Assembly: GCA_964631415.1 (NCBI GenBank)
Contig: CAZVZC010000029.1
Location: forward strand, 1 to 28,104
Length of the DNA stretch: 28,104 nt
Direction of reading: 5' to 3'
From: an uncultured archaeon
GTDB lineage: Archaea > Asgardarchaeota > Thorarchaeia > Thorarchaeales > Thorarchaeaceae
Part shown: positions 19,269-25,138 of the stretch, piece by piece
Layout: each line of letters begins with the position of its first letter
Numbering within the stretch: the stretch's first letter is position 1
Position numbers and translations under genes: made by a program
Notes under the pieces: model-generated
The model's database searches: none
Told to the model about the DNA's origin: nothing
Seen by the model: only the letters and a program-made list of their open reading frames with translations

Positions 19269-19577
19269 CTAGTAGTGGTCGACCTCGATATCGTACTGAA
19301 TACAACCGTGACCTTTGATATGCTGTCCGCCATCAATCAGTCTCATGTTGAATGGGAACAGGCCAACTCGATCACCATCTCTTATGGCACTGGTTCGCCT
19401 AGCCAATGTGCCGTTGATGAAACAGTCCCCAAGTTCCTTCATTCCTAGACCCAGACGTTTCACGAACTGCTCGAAGTTTTCATCAGCCACGGCTTCACGA
19501 TTAAACATAGTGTCCTCATTGGCCCGACTGCCGGGCACTAGCTCCCTCAATCGCCCGTAGAGATGTACCTCTATCAT
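19269..19577 (-). CDS. ThiS/MoaD-family ubiquitin-like protein with a C-terminal extension after GG
   Basis: MIEVHLYGRLRE...FING...IRDGDRVGLFP beta-grasp pattern, then NMRLIDGG and 18 further residues. Confidence 0.85.
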   Translation of the reverse strand: MIEVHLYGRLRELVPGSRANEDTMFNREAVADENFEQFVKRLGLGMKELGDCFINGTLARRTSAIRDGDRVGLFPFNMRLIDGGQHIKGHGCIQYDIEVDHY

Positions 19578-19655
19578 TGGTCGGCTTGACTCGCCATGCA
19601 CAAATAAGACGTGTCATAGGTACGCGAGAGGCTTCTCACATGGGGAAATCCCTGA

Positions 19656-19674
19656 TGTAACGTTACAGTTATAT
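19656..19674 (+). promoter_or_regulatory. Perfect palindrome TGTAACGTTACA next to the putative metG TATA box TTATAT
   Basis: Palindrome at 19656-19667 and TTATAT at 19669-19674. Confidence 0.6.
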
Positions 19675-19694
19675 CTCCTGCGTGAGAAAAACCC

Positions 19695-19873
19695 GTTATC
19701 ATTCCAAGGCGGGATTAGAAGCTCACAGACCAGAAACATGGAACATGTGTTCCAGCGAATGGAACAAGGACACCTTGTCGCAGGTTGCCTTTTGCCGCGA
19801 TAGACCACTAATGACCAGCAGTGGTGACTAGGAACCTGCTCTCGCCCAGTCCCTGAAGGAGTGTGATGATAAC
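19695..19873 (+). ncRNA. Candidate structured cis-regulatory 5' leader RNA of metG
   Basis: Six mutually compatible stems of 6-10 bp found by eye. The outer stem closes on the nucleotide before the ATG (see findings). Confidence 0.5.
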
Positions 19874-21904
19874 ATGAGAAAGTACCCCTGCAAAGAGCCT
19901 GTGCTTGTGACATGTGGACTGCCGTACGCAAGTGGTCCGATGCATGTGGGCCATCTTCGCACCTACGTGCCGGCAGACGTCTTTGTCAGGTTCCTGAGAA
20001 AGCTCGGCGTCAATGTGACCTTCGTCTGTGGGTCAGACACTCACGGCACACCCGTCATGACAGCTGCCGAGAAGGTGGGACTAACTCCAAAGGAGCTGGC
20101 CACGAAGTACCATCAGCAGTATCTCGGTGTCTTCCCGAGACTCTCCATATTCTTTGACAACTTCGGGACCACAGATGACCCCGAGAACCATCATAGAACG
20201 ACTCAGATAGTCACAACTCTAATGAAGAACGGCTACGTGTACTCAAGAGACCTTCAGACTCCCTACTGTGACAGGGAGAAGAGATCGCTGCCGGACAGAT
20301 ATGTTCGAGGGGAGTGTCCATACTGCCACAAGGACGCCCGAGGTGACGAGTGCGATCAGGGATGTGGAAGATACTTGGAACCGGGTGAGATTCTCAATCC
20401 GCGTTGCGCTATCTGCGGTTCCCCGACGCGACCCATAACCCGAAAGCACTACTATTTCAGACTGACAGACTTCGCCGACTTTCTGCAGAAGTACGTGGAA
20501 GCGATGGACGGCACAAAGAACGCGAAGGGCTATGCTCTTGGCTGGCTGCGTGAGGGGCTGAAGGACTGGTGCATAACTCGTGACATTGATTGGGGTGTCA
20601 GGTTTCCGGGTGACCCGAGCCTTGTTCTTTATGTCTGGGTGGATGCTCCCATCGGATACATTGCCAGCACAGAGCAGTGGGCGAAGAAGATAGGCAAGCC
20701 GGATGCATGGGAACGGTACTGGAAACCAGGCGACGGACGCATTGTGCACTTCATCGGGCAGGATATAGTGTATCATCACTGCATCTTCTGGCCTGCCATG
20801 CTGAAAGGCAGCGGCTATAATCTCCCTGATGCAGTCGTCGCATCAGGCATGGTAAAGGTTGATGGTAATAAGCTGAGCCGTAGCAGAGGTTACGTGATCT
20901 GGTTGCTTGACGACTACCTCGACCAGAATCTTGACCCGGACTACATGCGCTACTACGTGGTTTCCTACACGAGTCAGACCAAGGATCTTGACTTCACATG
21001 GGACTCATTCAACGACAAGGTCAACAATGAGCTCGTGAACACGCTTGGCAACTTCTTCTACCGTGCTATGTATTTCTCGAACCAACACTTCGGTGGTGTT
21101 CCACAGGGGAATCTCCCTGACGACGTTCGACAGAAGATACAGAAGACAATGGATGCAGTGGTTGAGGGTCTGAACGAGTATGAGCTCAAGAAGGTCGTCG
21201 ACGAGATCATGGCGTTGGCGTCCTACGGCAATGAGTACTTCCAGAGCAACAAGCCTTGGGAACTGGTGAAGAGGGACAAGGCAAAGTGCCAAGAGGTCCT
21301 CTACAATTCACTTGCGCTGACAAAGGCCCTTGCGGTTCTCATCGAACCAATCATGCCATCAGTTGCTGAGAAGGTCTGGCGCCAGCTAGGCATTGATTCA
21401 GATGTCCACAAGGTCCTGCTAAGCGAGGCTTTGAGCCCGCCCAAGCAAGGATCCAAGCTTGGTGAAGTGAGCCCTATCATTACAAAGATTGATGAGAAAC
21501 TGCTTGCTAGATTGAAGGACCTGGTAGCGAAACGTATACAGGCAGCACTAGCTGCTGATCATGTGGAGCCTGAGAAGATGATATCTATCGAAGAGTTTCA
21601 TAAGATGGACATACGGGCAGGCAAGATAGTGGAATGCACTGCCATTCCCAAGATGAAGAAGCTTCTGTTGCTCAAGGTCGATATTGGCAAGGAGGTCCGC
21701 ACGATAGTGACGGGCTTGGCTGACCAGTACAAGCCCGAGCAGCTGACAGGTCTGACGGCCCTCTTTCTGGCCAATCTGGAATCAAAGAAGATTGGTGGGT
21801 TCGAGAGTCATGGCATGATTCTTGCTGTCGAGAAGGCCGATGAGCCCGGCAAGTGGATCCCGGTGACCGTGACGGGCGTGCCGCCCGGCAGCAAGGTTGC
21901 CTGA
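19874..21904 (+). CDS. metG: Methionyl-tRNA synthetase with C-terminal tRNA-binding domain
   Basis: LPYASGPMHVGH (HIGH), CGSDTHG, Zn knuckles, YVWVDAPIGY, KLSRS and a C-terminal OB fold (ESHGMIL). Confidence 0.98.
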   Translation: MRKYPCKEPVLVTCGLPYASGPMHVGHLRTYVPADVFVRFLRKLGVNVTFVCGSDTHGTPVMTAAEKVGLTPKELATKYHQQYLGVFPRLSIFFDNFGTTDDPENHHRTTQIVTTLMKNGYVYSRDLQTPYCDREKRSLPDRYVRGECPYCHKDARGDECDQGCGRYLEPGEILNPRCAICGSPTRPITRKHYYFRLTDFADFLQKYVEAMDGTKNAKGYALGWLREGLKDWCITRDIDWGVRFPGDPSLVLYVWVDAPIGYIASTEQWAKKIGKPDAWERYWKPGDGRIVHFIGQDIVYHHCIFWPAMLKGSGYNLPDAVVASGMVKVDGNKLSRSRGYVIWLLDDYLDQNLDPDYMRYYVVSYTSQTKDLDFTWDSFNDKVNNELVNTLGNFFYRAMYFSNQHFGGVPQGNLPDDVRQKIQKTMDAVVEGLNEYELKKVVDEIMALASYGNEYFQSNKPWELVKRDKAKCQEVLYNSLALTKALAVLIEPIMPSVAEKVWRQLGIDSDVHKVLLSEALSPPKQGSKLGEVSPIITKIDEKLLARLKDLVAKRIQAALAADHVEPEKMISIEEFHKMDIRAGKIVECTAIPKMKKLLLLKVDIGKEVRTIVTGLADQYKPEQLTGLTALFLANLESKKIGGFESHGMILAVEKADEPGKWIPVTVTGVPPGSKVA

Positions 21905-22001
21905 GCCTGTAGTCAAAGCGTATGGGCCGGTCCAGGTGGTCTGTGCTGTGCCTGGCAAGATGAGTATTCGGATGAGCGCTGAGCAAGCCTAATAATCATC
22001 A

Positions 22002-23555
22002 TTGTTCGGTCCAGTCGCTCGGGCTATACAGAAGTTGAGGTTTGAAGTCAAGGACTCTCTGACTGAGGAAGAGATTGAGGCGGGCTTCAATGCCGTCATT
22101 CGTGACGGGATCATGTCCCAAATCAAGATGACACTCACAGAGAGCGTGTTCCTTGTGAACTTCGCACTCTTGCTGGGAGCATCCAACTCGGTCATCGGGC
22201 TCTTGGCCGCAATACCACCCCTCGCCCAATTGCTGCAGATTCCTGCAATATCACTTGTCGAGAGGAGGCGAGTCAGACGCGAGATATGTGTTCTTGCCTC
22301 CGCAGCAAGCAGGTCGTCCATACTTGTCATGGCTTTGATTCCGCTTCTTGTTGCTCCTCCAATGGGACTCATCATTCTGGTGCTCGCTGTCATCACCCAT
22401 GCGGCCTTTGGCGCTATCTCGAACACAAGCTGGAACTCATGGATGCGTGACCTGGTGCCTGAGGAGAGGTTGGGGCACTTTTTCTCCAGGCGGCTGACGA
22501 TTCAGGCGGCCGTCGGAATCATTGCGACATTGGGCGCCGGAGCATTTCTGGGATATTGGCCATTGGCCTCTCCTACTGTTCTCTACGGTTACTCCTATGT
22601 GTTTGCCGCCGGTTTCATTGCAGGAATGGTCGGGGTTTACATGATATCTACCATCCCAGAGCCCCGAATGGTGTCGACCGACAGTCGCCGCGAGTTACTG
22701 AAGCTAATCCGGGAGCCGCTTCGCGACGAGAACTTCAGAAACCTGATGAAGTTCTCGGGGATCTGGAGTCTTGCAAGCAGCCTCGTGGCGCCTTTCTTCA
22801 CGGTCTATCTTCTCGTTCGACTTAGCATGTCTCTTCAGCTGGTCACTGTCTTCATGGTATTGACCCAGATAGTCAGCATCGTGTTCTACAGGTTCTGGGG
22901 ACGCCTGTCAGATCGTTTCAGCAACAAGTCTGTGCTGCAGGTGACTATCCCACTGTTTCTCGTTGGACTGGTCCTCTGGACATTCACCACGATGCCAGAT
23001 GTCCACGTCCTGACAATACCGTTGGTATTCGTCATCCACATCCTGATGGGCGTGTCGTCAGCAGGGGTTAACTTGGCCTCCGCTAACATGGGTCTGAAGC
23101 TGGCGCCTAAAGGAGCAGCAACTCACTATCTTGCCTCGTGGGGACTAGTCAACTCTTTGGCTGCCGCGTTCGCACCTCTGGCGGGCGGAGCACTAGGGGA
23201 CCTGTTGGCAAACGAAACCCTGTCGATCAACCTATCGTGGACTCGCCCAGGTTTTCAGTTTGTGGTACCAGCCTTCAAGCTTCGGGGTTTGGACTTCTTG
23301 TTTATGATTTCCTTTGTGATCGGGCTGTATTCTCTCTATAGGCTAGCTTCTGTCAGAGAAGTTGGAGAGGTTGACGAGAAGGTGCTTATTGACACCATCG
23401 TTTCGGATGCTCGACGCGGTGTGAGGAGTCTTTCCACGGTTGAAGGTTTCAGGACATATCTGTTGGCTCCCCTTTCCCATGTCTGGCATGTCCTGAGGAA
23501 AGCTGAGCCTGAGGACGGCAAGGACGAGGCAGGTTCACAGTCAGCTGAAACGTAG
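22002..23555 (+). CDS. MFS transporter
   Basis: About 12 hydrophobic segments, WNSWMRDLVP and motif A-like WGRLSDRFSNK. Confidence 0.9.
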   Translation: MFGPVARAIQKLRFEVKDSLTEEEIEAGFNAVIRDGIMSQIKMTLTESVFLVNFALLLGASNSVIGLLAAIPPLAQLLQIPAISLVERRRVRREICVLASAASRSSILVMALIPLLVAPPMGLIILVLAVITHAAFGAISNTSWNSWMRDLVPEERLGHFFSRRLTIQAAVGIIATLGAGAFLGYWPLASPTVLYGYSYVFAAGFIAGMVGVYMISTIPEPRMVSTDSRRELLKLIREPLRDENFRNLMKFSGIWSLASSLVAPFFTVYLLVRLSMSLQLVTVFMVLTQIVSIVFYRFWGRLSDRFSNKSVLQVTIPLFLVGLVLWTFTTMPDVHVLTIPLVFVIHILMGVSSAGVNLASANMGLKLAPKGAATHYLASWGLVNSLAAAFAPLAGGALGDLLANETLSINLSWTRPGFQFVVPAFKLRGLDFLFMISFVIGLYSLYRLASVREVGEVDEKVLIDTIVSDARRGVRSLSTVEGFRTYLLAPLSHVWHVLRKAEPEDGKDEAGSQSAET

Positions 23556-23583
23556 TTCGGTGATCACCTTCAGAGGTGCTAAC

Positions 23584-23748
23584 ATGCGCACAAGTGCCGG
23601 TGTAAACCGCATCAGGAATGGTGGGATCTACCATGTGCAGCATTATCGCCACGTCATTGTAGAGGGCGAGGTGTCTACGGTGCCCTTGGGTTGGAAGCGA
23701 TTCACATTTGACGTGTCTTATGACCGACCAAGGTACAAGAACTCTTGA
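23584..23748 (+). CDS. Putative 54-aa small protein
   Basis: Strong SD GAGGTG (23573-23578) 5 nt before ATG 23584. Translation: MRTSAGVNRIRNGGIYHVQHYRHVIVEGEVSTVPLGWKRFTFDVSYDRPRYKNS. Confidence 0.45.
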   Translation: MRTSAGVNRIRNGGIYHVQHYRHVIVEGEVSTVPLGWKRFTFDVSYDRPRYKNS

Positions 23749-23806
23749 TTCACTATGTTGGCATCGGTTCAATGAGCTAAAACCGGCTAGGAGGCATCAT
23801 GGACGG

Positions 23807-24853
23807 ATGTCCACCACAAATCACTCGCGGACAGAAGGACCGGCGCTGCCATGTCTTAGCTGCAAACAGTACACGTACTACGGGTGCGGCAGGGGCGGAT
23901 TCTGCAAGAAACTCACTCGATGGTCATCATCGACGGCTCTGTGCGATGGCTTCGCGCCGCCATTACTAGTTCAGGATCAAGCTGACCATCTGGCCGACAC
24001 GGGACTGATTTGGGAATCTGGAAGCGTCAGCAATCTCGCCACTGAAGTGTTTCGAAACGCTGGGTTTTCAGTGGCACAGGCGTCTTCCGGCTTCTCGAAC
24101 GACGCAACATATCTGCCGCACATTGTGCTGACCCGGTCCAGTTATCCAGGATTCGAGGCCCACCTGTTTACTATCGCTGACGCCTCATTCTGGATCCCTG
24201 AGTTCACTCCCGACAATGAAGTGGTCCTCTACTACCCCTGGGGTTCAGATGACGAGAGACGTTCAGCTTGGGAGCGACTATTCGGATCAGCGGTTGTGAT
24301 ATGCCGCCAACTAGCTCACAGTCCTGAAAGAACAGCGAGAGGCTTACAGAGTGTTCCCGTGCGATGGGCGCATGCCGAAAAGGGGTGGGAAGAACTCCTC
24401 AGGCAAGCTGATGAGCGGCCATTGACCCCACAGAAGGATGACTGGGAGAAGTCGATTGCGGCCCACATCACCACACTACGTGACTCTGGGTTTGTGCCAA
24501 AGTACGTCTATTCAGGCCTGACAAAGGATCATCCGGCCGTGAAGGTTCTGGACTTCCCAACAGTACTGTTTGATGATGAGAACTACATCGGAGTGGACGC
24601 GCATCTGTTCACTCTTGCCGACATGGCTCAGTGGGTACCATCCTTTGGTGAGCATGGTATGGACGTGATAATGGAGTTGCCGACTCTCGATCAGGAAGAG
24701 GCCCGAATTGGGTGGAAGAGGCTTGCTTCCGCGGCGTCTACGCTCAAACGTCTGCTCCGCGGCTATCGGACAATCATGATGGATGATTTCATTGGAGACT
24801 ACAAGTACTGGCGGATTCAGCGTGTTGGTTTCAATGTGCTCCTCGAGAAGTGA
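23807..24853 (+). CDS. Hypothetical protein with an N-terminal Cys cluster and two internal repeats
   Basis: CLSC...C...C...C at the N-terminus, and AHLFTIAD / AHLFTLAD 147 codons apart. The start is uncertain. Confidence 0.7.
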   Translation: MSTTNHSRTEGPALPCLSCKQYTYYGCGRGGFCKKLTRWSSSTALCDGFAPPLLVQDQADHLADTGLIWESGSVSNLATEVFRNAGFSVAQASSGFSNDATYLPHIVLTRSSYPGFEAHLFTIADASFWIPEFTPDNEVVLYYPWGSDDERRSAWERLFGSAVVICRQLAHSPERTARGLQSVPVRWAHAEKGWEELLRQADERPLTPQKDDWEKSIAAHITTLRDSGFVPKYVYSGLTKDHPAVKVLDFPTVLFDDENYIGVDAHLFTLADMAQWVPSFGEHGMDVIMELPTLDQEEARIGWKRLASAASTLKRLLRGYRTIMMDDFIGDYKYWRIQRVGFNVLLEK

Positions 24854-25138
24854 TTTGCACAGACCTGACGGCGAAGACCTCAGAGTTGCCTCCTGTCTGA
24901 TGTGTGTTTTCAGCGTCGCAACAGAGCGAGCGACCGGTGTTCTCGCCCATAGGCGGGGCCCATGTTCTTGTGACAGCACTAGCCACAGCCTGTGCGCTTT
25001 TGTGGAACCTCAATGAGGTCTATGATCAGAACCCTGACTTACCGCATGCAGAACGTTCCTAGGTCGCCCCTTCATCAGAAACGAGAGCATCCGCAGGCTT
25101 CATCTACTTGCTTGTTTCACGATGCCGGCAGTGAGCAA

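Noticed and set aside
14204-19577. RiPP-like cluster (small peptide, S9 peptidase, aminotransferase, radical SAM, Ubl)
   Set aside because: The radical SAM is SPL-like with no SPASM/RRE features, the peptide looks like a helical mini-protein, and the gaps suggest separate transcription units.
19804-19830. Canonical T-box antiterminator (UGGU in AGTGGTGAC)
   Set aside because: The GGUGGNACC consensus, stem I AG-bulge/GNUG motifs and a terminator are not recognisable.
23799-23969. Alternative 56-aa ORF starting 4 nt after AGGAGG
   Set aside because: It is out of frame with and overlaps the Cys-cluster region of the longer gene, and has no protein-like features. It does leave the true start of that gene uncertain.
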